From contig JACSRM010000436.1 of the NCBI GenBank assembly GCA_014879745.1, positions 11,577-75,576 on the forward strand: a stretch of DNA of 64,000 nt. The letters are read 5' to 3'. Below, in pieces: positions 7,742-17,086 of this stretch. Both the position numbers and the translations under genes were made by a program. The notes under the pieces are model-generated. The model was given only the letters and a program-made list of their open reading frames with translations. It ran no database searches and was not told where the DNA came from. Origin of the DNA: Burkholderiaceae bacterium (GTDB lineage: Bacteria > Pseudomonadota > Gammaproteobacteria > Burkholderiales > Burkholderiaceae_C). Position 1 is the stretch's first letter, and each line of letters starts with the position of its first letter.

Positions 7742-9167
7742 ATGTCCCGAAGTTTGTTGAACGCGTGAGTTGAGGTGGCGGCTCCTGCGACCCGCATGAG
7801 TGAACATGCGGGTTGCCTCGCAAGCAACCGAAGGAGCCACCAAGATGAAGTCTCACACGAAGCCCGCAGTGCGGGTGATGCCTGCTGTGCAGGTTCAGAT
7901 CTCGCTTCCCGTGCAGGGCGTTTTGCGCGATGTACGCCACGCCTTCCTGGGCCTGTACATCGACACGGGCCAGAAGGTGCTGGGCGCGATGATGGAAGCC
8001 GATCGCATCGCGCTGTGCGGGCCCAAGGGAGTGCCCGACGCTGCACGGCGGGCCGTGCGTGGCGGCAGCACCGCCAGTCAGGTCGTACTGGGGGGTCAGC
8101 GCATTGCGGTGCGCCGACCGCGAGCCCGCGCGATGAGCGAAGGCGAACTGTCGCTGCCAAGCTTCCTGTGGGCCGCCTGCGGCGACCCGCTGGACGCGGC
8201 CACGATGGCCGCCATCGCCGCGGGCGTGTCGACGCGGCGCTATGCCAGGACGCAGGAGCCGGTGCCGGCGGCGCACCGGCCCCGCGCGGCGTCCAAGAGC
8301 GCGGTGTCGCGCCGTTTCGTACAGATGAGCCAGGAGCAACTGACACAGTGGCTCGCGCGCCCGATCGGCGATCTCGATCTGCCGGTGGTGATGATCGACG
8401 GCATGCACTATCGCGACCGCGTGATCCTGCTGGCCCTGGGCATCGATGCGAAGGGCGACAAGCACGTGCTGGGGCTGCGCGAGGGCTCCAGCGAGGCCAC
8501 GCGTGTGGTCGCCTCGCTGCTGTCGGACCTGGTCGAGCGCGGGCTCGATGCCGATCGCATGCGGCTGTGGGTCATCGACGGCGGCAAGGCGCTGCGCAAG
8601 GCCATCGTCCAGACCTTCGGCCAGCGCGCGCTGATCCAGCGCTGCCAGGAACACAAGCGGCGCAACGTCTTGGGGCACTTGCCCGAGGACGCGCACGCCA
8701 GCGTCAAGCTTGAAGGACGCCTGGTCGGCCTCGGATACCGATCTGGCGCGAAAGCAACTGGCTCGCCTGGCCTCGTCGCTGCAGGCCAAGCACCCAGGGG
8801 CCGCGGCCAGCGTGCGCGAAGGCCTGGACGAGACGCTGACGGTGCAGGCGCTGGGCATCACCGGCTCGCTGTACCGCACCTTGTGCACGACCAATCCGAT
8901 CGAAAACCTCAACAGCTCGGTGGCGCGCTACTGCCGCAACGTCAAGCGCTGGGGTGACGGTCAGATGGTGCTGCGCTGGGTCGCCAGCGCGCTCAGCGAC
9001 GCAGCCCATCGCATGCGCAAGCTGCGCGGGTGCAGCCAGATGCGCACTTTGCTGGAGGCCTTGGATGCGCGCCGCTGCGACACCGACAACGGCACCGTGC
9101 GCAAGGCCGCGTAGCATGTCCAATCAAGGAGCCGTCACCGCTCACGGTTCAACAGCGAGCGGGACAT
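7742..9167 (+). mobile_element. IS256-family insertion sequence with imperfect ~40-bp terminal inverted repeats
   Basis: Left end ATGTCCCGaagtttGTTGAACgCGTGAG...GGCGGCTCC (7742..~7785). The reverse complement of the right end (9128..9167) reads ATGTCCCGctcgctGTTGAACCGTGAG...GACGGCTCC. The element encloses the transposase reading frames. No matching 8-bp direct repeat was seen at the flanks. Confidence 0.75.
7845..9114 (+). pseudogene. IS256-family (mutator-type) transposase interrupted by a +1 frameshift near 8706..8711
   Basis: ATG 7845 with AAGGAG 8 nt upstream. Frame 1 runs to ...EHKRRNVLGHLPEDAHASVK. It continues in frame 2 from 8710 as KDAWSASDTDLARKQL...NPIENLNSSVARYCRNVKRW... (track ORFs 7800..8957 and 8710..9114). 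Confidence 0.8.
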
Positions 9168-9273
9168 GCCTAAAGGCCCAATCCTCGCGGCGCGACGATT
9201 TTCAGTCTGAAATCATCGCGCGACGAAGCCGTGGCAGGGCTAGAGTTTCAGCATTCCTTGGAGTGCTTTGCTC

Positions 9274-9501
9274 ATGCCGCATCCCAACGCCAGTTTCCGA
9301 GTCGAGCATCCGGTCAGCGCCGCCGACCTGCTGCGCCTGCCCGCCGTCGTCAGGCAAACGGGGCTCAGCCGATCGACGATCTACAGGCTGATGGCAACGC
9401 GGCATTTTCCACTGCCGGTGAAGCTGACGAACCGAGCAGTTGGCTGGCGGCGATCGGACGTGGACCGGTGGAGCAACGCCCTGCCGCCAGCTGCGCACTG
9501 A
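9274..9501 (+). CDS. AlpA-family phage/island regulatory protein (MerR-like excisionase-type HTH)
   Basis: 75 aa from ATG 9274. ...LLRLPAVVRQTGLSRSTIYRLMATRHFPLPVKLTNRAVGWRRSDVDRW... matches the AlpA/Xis-type DNA-binding pattern. Confidence 0.75.
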   Translation: MPHPNASFRVEHPVSAADLLRLPAVVRQTGLSRSTIYRLMATRHFPLPVKLTNRAVGWRRSDVDRWSNALPPAAH

Positions 9502-9512
9502 TGCGTCGCGCG

Positions 9513-9818
9513 CTATGCCATGAGCTTCAGTGCAGCACCCACTGCAAGCAGCGCTGCCAGAGGCAGGCCGCAACGCCACGCGGTGAACTGGTATCGCTCG
9601 TTGTGCCACAGCGCACGATCGCCTCGGCGAATGGCGAACAACCCGCATAGGGTCAGCGCCAGCGACCCCAAGACGCCGATTTGCATCGCTGAACTGCTGA
9701 CCATTGCCGCGAGCAGCGCTGGCCAGGCGACCGCATCGAGCATTGCTAGAAATCGGCGTCCCGGCCAATCCGGAGCATCAGGCACAGGGGCTCGGGCGTA
9801 CAACAACCACATGATCAA
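9513..9818 (-). CDS. small hypothetical membrane protein
   Basis: 101 aa with about three hydrophobic stretches (AVAWPALLAAMVSS, IGVLGSLALTLCGLFAI, GLPLAALLAVGAAL). No family recognised. Confidence 0.4.
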   Translation of the reverse strand: MIMWLLYARAPVPDAPDWPGRRFLAMLDAVAWPALLAAMVSSSAMQIGVLGSLALTLCGLFAIRRGDRALWHNERYQFTAWRCGLPLAALLAVGAALKLMA

Positions 9819-10091
9819 TGGCCTCCGCGGTGCAGTTCAGCCGGTGCAAAGCGTCCGAGCTTCGACCAAGCGTACGACGGCCGATGCCGAGATGGGGAAG
9901 CGCACGGTAACCGTGTGTTGCTTGGTGGTACGCGGCAGCATCGTGCTCGAGCCCTCACGGCTATACGGCCACGACAAGCGCGTCTGTAACGTAGTGATGC
10001 ACTTGCGTTGTGGACAGGTCGATTCGACCGCGTTATATGTGCGTCGCCGACATCCTGTTCTGCGTGCGTTCTCGGTGAAGGCGAGGTGCCT

Positions 10092-10394
10092 ATGAACCTT
10101 GATGAACTCCCGGAAGTTGCGTGCCTCAGCTTTGCCTGTCCGCGTTGCGGCGCGATCGAAGTTGACGACTTCGAAGTTCTGACGCAGGACGACATGCACG
10201 TGATCCGATGCGATGCATGCAGGCAACGCTTTTATCTGCTGATCACCGAGTGCAACCGCTGCGCCGAAGAATGCGTGTTGACGTGGGCGGACGTGCCGAC
10301 CCCCTCTGAGATCGGCTCCGCTATTTGCCATCGGTGTGGCGAGCCGTTGACGAATCATGCCGACGACTTTCGCAGCCTGGGCTCAGGCCGATAG
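10092..10394 (+). CDS. hypothetical Cys-rich protein with four CxxC pairs (two putative zinc-ribbon knuckles)
   Basis: ATG 10092 with GAGG upstream. 100 aa containing CPRC...CDAC and CNRC...CHRC. Third codon positions are more A/T-rich than neighbouring genes. Confidence 0.5.
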   Translation: MNLDELPEVACLSFACPRCGAIEVDDFEVLTQDDMHVIRCDACRQRFYLLITECNRCAEECVLTWADVPTPSEIGSAICHRCGEPLTNHADDFRSLGSGR

Positions 10395-10662
10395 ACCCGA
10401 TGCGCTGACCTTGCGCAGCACCGACGGCGTCCTCGTCGTCACGATGCAGCGGACTGCTTGCGGCCTTTTCGTCGAGCGCGTGCTGCAACGGCCCAAGGCA
10501 GCGCGAATCGTCCAGGCCGCCGTGTTCGACACACCCGGGTCGTTCCATCGGTGGTGCGATGCCGACTCGGCTCGATTCGAGTATCCGCTGCTGTATTCGA
10601 GGTTGGCACGCGGCGCGGACCAACTCTTCGCCGACCATGCAGATGCGCAAGCCGCTGGCTGA
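10357..10662 (+). CDS. hypothetical protein
   Basis: 101 aa with GC-rich third positions. Overlaps the preceding gene by 38 nt and the following LuxR start by 26 nt. No family recognised. Confidence 0.4.
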   Translation: MPTTFAAWAQADRPDALTLRSTDGVLVVTMQRTACGLFVERVLQRPKAARIVQAAVFDTPGSFHRWCDADSARFEYPLLYSRLARGADQLFADHADAQAAG

Positions 10663-11401
10663 GCTCGCACGCGAGCCCGCCTATTCCGACAACGTATTGG
10701 GGACGATTCGCTTGCTCGCGCAGGCCGCCGATGAAGCGCAAGCCGTGGGAGTTCTGGCTGCAGCCTGCGAGCAGATGGGCATCGACGCCGCAGCATTCGT
10801 CAGCTTCGTGCGAGACGACCCGTCGCACGAATCGTTTCGCTTCCTGCTGGCCTGCGATCCGGTTTACTGTCTCGAGTACGAGCGGCGCGCCTGGTACACC
10901 GACGATCCCTGGCTGCAGTATTCGCTGAAACACACCGAACCCGCGCGCGGCGAAGACATCCGGCTCGCTACGGCGAAGCAACGCGATGTCGTGGAACTGG
11001 CGGCGCAGTTCGGCTTCAGGTCGGCGCTGATCGTGCCGGCGCCGTCAAGTGGTGCGTTGACTCGCACCGGCGTGCTCTGCCTCGGCTCGTCGGCGCCGGC
11101 GTTCTTCAATGACGAAGGCTACCTTGCACTCAAGGTGCTGGCGCGAAGCCTGGCCATGGAAATGCACGAGTGGTGGATCGCCAGAATCAAGAATGAACTG
11201 CTTGAAAGCGCGCGACTGACGGGGGAAGACCTGCTCTTGTTGATGCATGAGCGCCTGGGTCACTCGACCAAGTTCATTGCCACCAAGCTGGACATGTCGC
11301 CCAATGCCATCAACTCGCGCTTCCAGCGCATGAATGCGAAGCTCGGCGTCCCCAACCGCAAGACGGCCGCGCAACTCGCGGCCGAGTACGGAATGATCTG
11401 A
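10637..11401 (+). CDS. LuxR-family regulator with autoinducer-binding-like N-terminal domain (LuxR solo; no luxI seen)
   Basis: Start moved to ATG 10637 (MQMRKPLAEL...). ...AWYTDDPWLQYS... and ...GVLCLGS... resemble the acyl-HSL-binding domain pattern. C-terminal HTH ...LTGEDLLLLMHERLGHSTKFIATKLDMSPNAINSRFQRMNAKLGV.... Confidence 0.7.
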   Translation: MQMRKPLAELAREPAYSDNVLGTIRLLAQAADEAQAVGVLAAACEQMGIDAAAFVSFVRDDPSHESFRFLLACDPVYCLEYERRAWYTDDPWLQYSLKHTEPARGEDIRLATAKQRDVVELAAQFGFRSALIVPAPSSGALTRTGVLCLGSSAPAFFNDEGYLALKVLARSLAMEMHEWWIARIKNELLESARLTGEDLLLLMHERLGHSTKFIATKLDMSPNAINSRFQRMNAKLGVPNRKTAAQLAAEYGMI

Positions 11402-11432
11402 TCACAGACGCGTCGTCTGAAAGGATTCCGCC

Positions 11433-12530
11433 ATGGACAAACAGTGGATGCTTGCGGCCGGCTACCTGACGATCTTGCTGATGCCGACGCTGTTTGTTCT
11501 GGGTGCGCTCGTTCAAGAACCCTGGCTCACGTTCGGCGTCGTGATACTCGTCTTCCCGCTTGCGCGTGTGGTCTTTGGCGCGATGCCATCGACCGATGCG
11601 CCGGAGTGGCGTGAACGGATAGCCACGCTGCTGCATGGCTTGCCGCTGGCATTCGCCTGCGTGCTTCCGGCGTGCGTGCTGCCCGGACTGGTCTTGGCAG
11701 CCCAGTCACAAACTGGCAAGGGCTCGGCCGTGCTTGGCCTCGGCCTGAGTCTTTGGATGACTCTGCTCTTCGCAACCTGCGTCGCGCACGAGCTGATTCA
11801 CCGGCGGGACAAGCGGCATGCGTCGATCGGCAACATGCTCGCCGGCTTCTGTGGCTATCCGGCACTCGGCAGCGAGCATCTTGCGCACCATGCACGGCCC
11901 GGCGACACGCACTTGGCGGAGTACCCGCTGAAAGGCGAGTCGGTCTGGAGGTTCGCGGGCAGGCGCATGATTCGCATCACCGTGGAACTGCTCGGTCCAG
12001 GAGCGCAGACTTGGCGTCCGGGCGCGCAGTCGCTGACTGTGATGCACACCAGAGTCGCACTGTCGTGCACCGCGCTGACCTGGATCGGCTTCACCGCCAT
12101 CGCCGGTGTGCCGGGCATGTGCCTCTACCTCGCCGCGATGCTGGGCGTGGCATTCGGCGTCCAGCTCATCACATACATCCAGCACTGGGGACTTGGCGAC
12201 GACAGCATCCCCGGCCGCATTGCCTATGGTCGCGGCTGGGAAGACGATTGTCGGTTCCAGGCATGGGTGACATTGAGCCTCAGCCTGCACGACCAGCATC
12301 ATCGCGACAGCCGAAGGCCCTTCTATCGCATCGGCCCCTCGCCCGATTCGCCGCGATTGCCGGCCGGGTACGTGCTGCTGATGTTTGCCAGTCTGGTGCC
12401 GCCAGTGTGGCGCAGGGTGATGGCGACTCCTCACCAGTACTGGCTCGCGAGCCCTGCGAGCCCGCTTTCCGCTGGCCACCGGCTCACCTGTTTCGGCCTT
12501 CGCGAGCCGCGGTCCAACACGTCACCCTGA
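11433..12530 (+). CDS. integral-membrane di-iron hydroxylase/desaturase, AlkB (alkane 1-monooxygenase)-like
   Basis: 365 aa with several TM segments. Histidine boxes HELIHR, EHLAHH and LHDQHH occur in the AlkB/fatty-acid-desaturase order. Confidence 0.75.
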   Translation: MDKQWMLAAGYLTILLMPTLFVLGALVQEPWLTFGVVILVFPLARVVFGAMPSTDAPEWRERIATLLHGLPLAFACVLPACVLPGLVLAAQSQTGKGSAVLGLGLSLWMTLLFATCVAHELIHRRDKRHASIGNMLAGFCGYPALGSEHLAHHARPGDTHLAEYPLKGESVWRFAGRRMIRITVELLGPGAQTWRPGAQSLTVMHTRVALSCTALTWIGFTAIAGVPGMCLYLAAMLGVAFGVQLITYIQHWGLGDDSIPGRIAYGRGWEDDCRFQAWVTLSLSLHDQHHRDSRRPFYRIGPSPDSPRLPAGYVLLMFASLVPPVWRRVMATPHQYWLASPASPLSAGHRLTCFGLREPRSNTSP

Positions 12531-12806
12531 AGAAGCTGGATTCGACGCGGCAATGAACCATGTGCTCGAAGGTGCCCAGACGCCGTCGGTCCGGACGAAG
12601 GGCGCAAGAACCTCGCGCAGCGCCACCATCACCTGAGGCGCGCGTCGGGCGCCTTCCTCGCCCGCAAGGCGGATGATTTCTCCGGCGGGCCCAAGCGCCA
12701 TGGCGAATTCGACGGCATCGTCAATATCGCGGCCGATGCATACGTCGCTGTCGTGGCGTTCGAAGCTGATGTTCTCGAAGCCTGCATCACCAAGCATCGT
12801 GCTCAC
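12522..12806 (-). pseudogene. C-terminal fragment of a class I SAM-dependent methyltransferase
   Basis: ...MLGDAGFENISFERHDSDVCIGRDIDDAVEFAMALGPAGE... looks like a methyltransferase C-terminal region. An in-frame stop lies immediately upstream of the first codon (GTG 12806), so the N-terminal two-thirds is missing. Confidence 0.5.
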
Positions 12807-12897
12807 TCACTGCGTCGGCGTCCGTCATCGAAAAGCCTCTCTTGAATTCCGAGTGGGTACTCTTGGGTCATGTTGAGCATGGAAGAGAGGAGTCGGG

Positions 12898-13204
12898 ATG
12901 ACAGCCAAGGTGTTTGAGGCGGCGCTGGGAATTACCGATCCGTGGTCGGTGGACGTCGGTGGACTTTGATGAAGCCGCCAAGGTGCTGACAGTGCTGATC
13001 GACTTCGCGCCGGGCAGCCGCTTTGCGGTGTCAGGCCACGAAGGCGTGCATCCGGTGGCCGGCGACACGCTGGCGGCGCTGGAGAGCGAACTGCTCGCGC
13101 GCTTGCGCGACCGGCTGCGCATCCGGCCCGTGTTCGCATGGCTCGCGCCCGGCACACTGCCGCGCGAGGCGGGCAAGACGAGGCACATCGAGATCGAAGG
13201 CTGA
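12898..13204 (+). pseudogene. ISL3-family transposase N-terminal fragment (frameshifted, truncated)
   Basis: MTAKVFEAALGITDPWSVDV then a stop. After a frame shift it continues VDFDEAAKVLTVLIDFAPGSRFAV..., the characteristic ISL3 N-terminus, but the zinc-finger cysteines are lost. No DDE domain follows. Confidence 0.55.
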
Positions 13205-13217
13205 ATAGGAGGTGGCG

Positions 13218-14000
13218 ATGGACATGCATCTGCGCGGACGCAGCGCGCTGATCACCGGGGCATCGAAGGGCATCGGCTTCTCGATCGCGAGCCTGCTCGC
13301 CGACGAGGGCTGCCACCTGCATCTCGCCGCGCGCTCGCAAGACGACCTGCAAGCCGCGCGCCAGCGCATCCTCGAGCGCGCCGACGTGCGGGTGCAGGTG
13401 CATGCGGTCGACCTGTCGCAGCGTGGCTGCGCCGCGCAACTCGCGCTGCGCTGCGGCGACGTGGACATCCTCGTCAACAACGCCGGATCGACACCGCGCG
13501 GGACGCTCGAGGAGATCGACGACGAGCGCTGGCGCGCCGCCTTCGACCTGAAAGTCTTCGGCTACATCGACATGTGCCGGCACTTCTTCGCGCGCATGAA
13601 GGCGCGGCGCAGCGGCGTCATCGTCAATATCCTCGGCAACGGCGGCGAACGGGTCGACGCCGGCTACATCGCCGGCGCCGCGTGCAACGCGTCTCTGATG
13701 GCGTTCACGCGCGCGCTCGGTGGCACGAGCGGCGACTTCGGCGTGCGCGTCGTCGGCGTCAATCCGGGCCCGGTCGCGACCGAGCGCCTCGTCGGCCTGA
13801 TGCGCAAGGAGGCGCAGACCCGACTCGGCCACGCCGAGCGCTGGGCCGAACTCGGCAGGGGCTTCCCGCTCGGGCGCGCGGCGAGCGTCGACGAGATCGC
13901 CGCCACCGTCGTGCTGCTCACCTCGGATCGGTCGTCGTACACGACGGGGACGATCGTCACGATCGACGGCGGGATGGCGAATCGCGGCTCGCTGATCTGA
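13218..14000 (+). CDS. short-chain dehydrogenase/reductase (SDR)
   Basis: ATG 13218 lies 5 nt after AGGAGG. ALITGASKGIG, NNAG and a Y..A.C.ASL-type catalytic region. About 260 aa. Confidence 0.85.
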   Translation: MDMHLRGRSALITGASKGIGFSIASLLADEGCHLHLAARSQDDLQAARQRILERADVRVQVHAVDLSQRGCAAQLALRCGDVDILVNNAGSTPRGTLEEIDDERWRAAFDLKVFGYIDMCRHFFARMKARRSGVIVNILGNGGERVDAGYIAGAACNASLMAFTRALGGTSGDFGVRVVGVNPGPVATERLVGLMRKEAQTRLGHAERWAELGRGFPLGRAASVDEIAATVVLLTSDRSSYTTGTIVTIDGGMANRGSLI

Positions 14001-14159
14001 GTGGTCTTGTCAGAGGCGACGAGCGAGCCTTGATATGAATCATTCGACTCGTGTCGGCGAAGCTGTGGGCTGGGACGGCGCCGAGAACTTCGCCCGAGTG
14101 GCCGAGCACGATGCTCGCGAGAACAACGTCAACAATGCGCGCTTCCTCGTCAGCGACGC

Positions 14160-14430
14160 TCAAGTCCACACCCGCAGCGCCAGCTTGGTACCCTCAAAGA
14201 TGGTGCCGTTGATCAGGCTGGTCTTCTGGTGCGGACAACCCGCGCATTGCCAGTAGCGCATTCCGGCGCGATCGAACACTCTGTGCGCCCTACCGCCGCA
14301 GGATGGACACGCGAAACCTCGCGGCCAGCGCGGCTTCAAGCGCCTGTCGGCACTTGTCCTCGGTGCCGTAGCGGTCGAAGAGCTCGGTGATCGAAAGTCC
14401 GCGTTGAAGCTGCACTCGGTTCGTTGCCAT
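14160..14430 (-). pseudogene. IS1595-family transposase N-terminal (zinc-ribbon) fragment, frameshifted and truncated
   Basis: My own translation of the minus strand gives MATNRVQLQRGLSITELFDRYGTEDKCRQALEAAL. After a 1-nt shift it reads WPRGFACPSCGGRAHRVFDRAGMRYWQCAGCPHQKTSLINGTIFEGTKLALRVW then a stop. This is the typical ISXO2-like/IS1595 N-terminus. Confidence 0.65.
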
Positions 14431-14664
14431 GCCGCACCTCAATGTTGGGTACGCCCATCTTCCTGTCGCACTGACTCATAGCATGAGTTTGCTGAAGGTT
14501 CTCCCTAATCAAGTGGTTCGATGGAAGAGGCGTCGTGCCGCGGGCGCTGCGGCAAGCGCCTGCGCCGGCGTTGCTGCTGCCTCCGCGGACCGCTGGCCGC
14601 ATCTGGGTCCTTGTCTGGAGGGTGAGTGATCGACGACTGGCGGTGGCCCCGCGGCCGCAGGGGT

Positions 14665-17070
14665 TCAGGCGGCCGCCATAACGGGTGCGCCAGTACGCCG
14701 GGACCGGGCGAGCAGGAAGTGCGCGAGCGCAGGCAGCAGCAGCAACGCGCCGAGCATGTTCCACAGGAACATGAAGGCGAGCAGCACGCCCATGTCGGCC
14801 TGGAACTTGATCGGAGAGAACACCCAGGTGGCGACACCGACCGACAGCGTCAGTCCGGTCAGAAGCACGACGCGCCCGGTGAAATGAAGCGCGACGCAGT
14901 ACGACTCGCCGATCGATCCGCCCTTGCGCAATTCGACGAGCATCACCGACAGGATGTAGAGCGCGTAGTCGACGCCGATGCCGACGCCGAGCGCGATGAC
15001 GGGCAGCGTCGCGACCTTCACGCCCATGCCGAGCGCGACCATCAACGCCTCGGCGAGGACCGAGGTCAGCATTAGCGGCAGCACCGCGACGACGACCGCG
15101 CGCCACGAGCGGAAGGTGATGAACGCGAGCACGATCACCGCGCCGTAGACGAGCAGCAGCATGCGGTACCAGGCCGCGCGGACGACGATGTTGGTCGCCG
15201 CCTCGACGCCCGAACTGCCGGCGGCGAGCAGGAACTTCACACCCTTGGTGTCGTTCGCCGCTGCAAAGCCTTCCACCTCGTCGACGAGTGCGGAGAGCGT
15301 CGCCGCCTTGTGATCCTGCAGGAACACGATCAGCGTCAGCAGGCTGCAGTTGTCGTTGTACAGCTCGCGCGGCGCGTTGCCGGTGACCATATTGAGCATC
15401 TTCTGGTTCGGAATTAGCTCGAACCACTTCGGGTGGCCTTCGTTCAGCCCGGTCAGAACGAGACGGTTCAGGCGCGCCAGCGACTGCGTCGATTCGACGC
15501 CGGGAAGCTGCAGCAGCTGCCATTCGAGCCCGTCGACGCGCATCAGCGTGTCGTAGTCGGCGCAGGCGCCGTCGGGGGTCTCGATCATCACCGCGAAGAC
15601 GTCGCTGCTCGCGCCGTAGTGCGCGTTGACGAAGCCGACGTCGCGGTTGTAGCGGGAGTCAGCGCGCAGTTCGGGCGCGCCGGGGTCGAGGTCGCCGATC
15701 GCGAGATGGCGGCTGACCGCGTAGCCGCCTACGGCCAGCGCGACGCTGACGAGCACCGTCGGCAGCGCCCAGCGCCTCTGCGTGAAGCGGGCGAGCGCGT
15801 GGAACAGCCCGCTGCGTTCGTCGCCGCCGGCACGCGCGAACGCCTGCTCCGCCTTCAGCGCGCGCGCTGCTGCGCGCGGGCTGACGCCGGTGTAGCTGAG
15901 CAGGATCGGCAGCATGATCAGGTTGGTGAAGACCAGCGCCGCAACGCCGATGCTCGCCGCGATGGCCAGTTCCTGGATCACCCGGATATCGATCGCCAGC
16001 AGCACCGCGAAGCCGACCGCATCGGCCATCAGCGCCGTCAACCCGGCGAGGAACAGGCGCCGGAACGTGAAGCGCGCGGCGACGAGCTTGTCCGTGCCGC
16101 GGCCGATGTCCTGCATGATGCCGTTCATCTTCTGCGCGCCGTGGCTCATGCCGATCGCGAACACCAGGAACGGCACGAGCATCGAGTACGGGTCTAGTGC
16201 GTAGCCGAGCGTTGGCAGCAGGCCGAGCTGCCAGACGACGGCGGTGAGCGATGCGGCGACTACGAGCAGGGTCGAGCGGATGCAGCGTGTGTAGGCGAAG
16301 ACCATCGTCGCGGCGATCGCGATCGCCGCGGCGAAGAAGACGAGCATCTGGCGCAGCCCGGCGATCAGGTCGCCGACGATCTTCGTGAAGCCGGTGATGT
16401 GGACCGTCACACCCTTGCCCTCGTACGCGGCGCGCAGCGCGTCGAGGCGGTCGGAGAGGGCAACGACATCGAGGGCACGGCCCTGCGCGTCCCTCGCGAG
16501 CAGTGGCACGAAAATCACGCTCGAGCAGCCGTCGAGGGCGACGATCTGCCCGATCTCGCCCGAGCGCTGGACGTTGGTCCGAAGGTCCTGCAGGCTCTTC
16601 GCGCTGCCGTCGTAACCGTCGGGGATCACCGGTCCGCCTTCGAGCCCTTCCTCGGTGACGCCGGTCCAGCGCATGTTCGGCGTCCACAGCGACTTCATCG
16701 CCGCGCGATCGACGCCGGGGATCAGGAAGACTTCGTCGTTAAGCTTGCGCAGCGTCTCCAGGTACGCGGCGTCGTAGATCTCGCCGTTCGGATTAGCGAC
16801 CGCGATGCGGATCGCGTTGCCGAGCCCCTTCAGATCGCCTTGGCGCGCCAGCCAGTTGGCGATGTACGGATGATGCTGCGGGATCGTCTTCTCGAAGCTC
16901 GCGTTGAGCCTGAGCTTGGTCGCCTGCAGGCCGAGCAGCACGGTCACGATCGCGCACAGCAGCAGCACAATCGCGCGGTGGTTGAACAGCGCCCGCTCGA
17001 CGATCGAACCCGACTTCCGATCGAAGTCGGCGGTGCCGGCATCGAACGCGCTTGCAGGCTTCGCGATCAT
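14665..17070 (-). CDS. RND-superfamily (MMPL/HpnN-like) inner-membrane transporter
   Basis: 801 aa. Two hydrophobic bundles each preceded by a large soluble loop. The sequence style matches RND proteins that accompany DUF1302/DUF1329 genes. No membrane-fusion or TolC-like gene lies adjacent. Confidence 0.8.
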   Translation of the reverse strand: MIAKPASAFDAGTADFDRKSGSIVERALFNHRAIVLLLCAIVTVLLGLQATKLRLNASFEKTIPQHHPYIANWLARQGDLKGLGNAIRIAVANPNGEIYDAAYLETLRKLNDEVFLIPGVDRAAMKSLWTPNMRWTGVTEEGLEGGPVIPDGYDGSAKSLQDLRTNVQRSGEIGQIVALDGCSSVIFVPLLARDAQGRALDVVALSDRLDALRAAYEGKGVTVHITGFTKIVGDLIAGLRQMLVFFAAAIAIAATMVFAYTRCIRSTLLVVAASLTAVVWQLGLLPTLGYALDPYSMLVPFLVFAIGMSHGAQKMNGIMQDIGRGTDKLVAARFTFRRLFLAGLTALMADAVGFAVLLAIDIRVIQELAIAASIGVAALVFTNLIMLPILLSYTGVSPRAAARALKAEQAFARAGGDERSGLFHALARFTQRRWALPTVLVSVALAVGGYAVSRHLAIGDLDPGAPELRADSRYNRDVGFVNAHYGASSDVFAVMIETPDGACADYDTLMRVDGLEWQLLQLPGVESTQSLARLNRLVLTGLNEGHPKWFELIPNQKMLNMVTGNAPRELYNDNCSLLTLIVFLQDHKAATLSALVDEVEGFAAANDTKGVKFLLAAGSSGVEAATNIVVRAAWYRMLLLVYGAVIVLAFITFRSWRAVVVAVLPLMLTSVLAEALMVALGMGVKVATLPVIALGVGIGVDYALYILSVMLVELRKGGSIGESYCVALHFTGRVVLLTGLTLSVGVATWVFSPIKFQADMGVLLAFMFLWNMLGALLLLPALAHFLLARSRRTGAPVMAAA

Positions 17071-17086
17071 CGTGCCCTCGAGGTGC

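Noticed and set aside
10092-10394. Calling the four-CxxC protein a rubredoxin partner of the AlkB-like enzyme
   Set aside because: The Cys-pair spacing (about 20 residues) and the lack of the conserved aromatic and Gly/Pro residues do not fit canonical rubredoxin. It is kept as a generic zinc-ribbon-like hypothetical.
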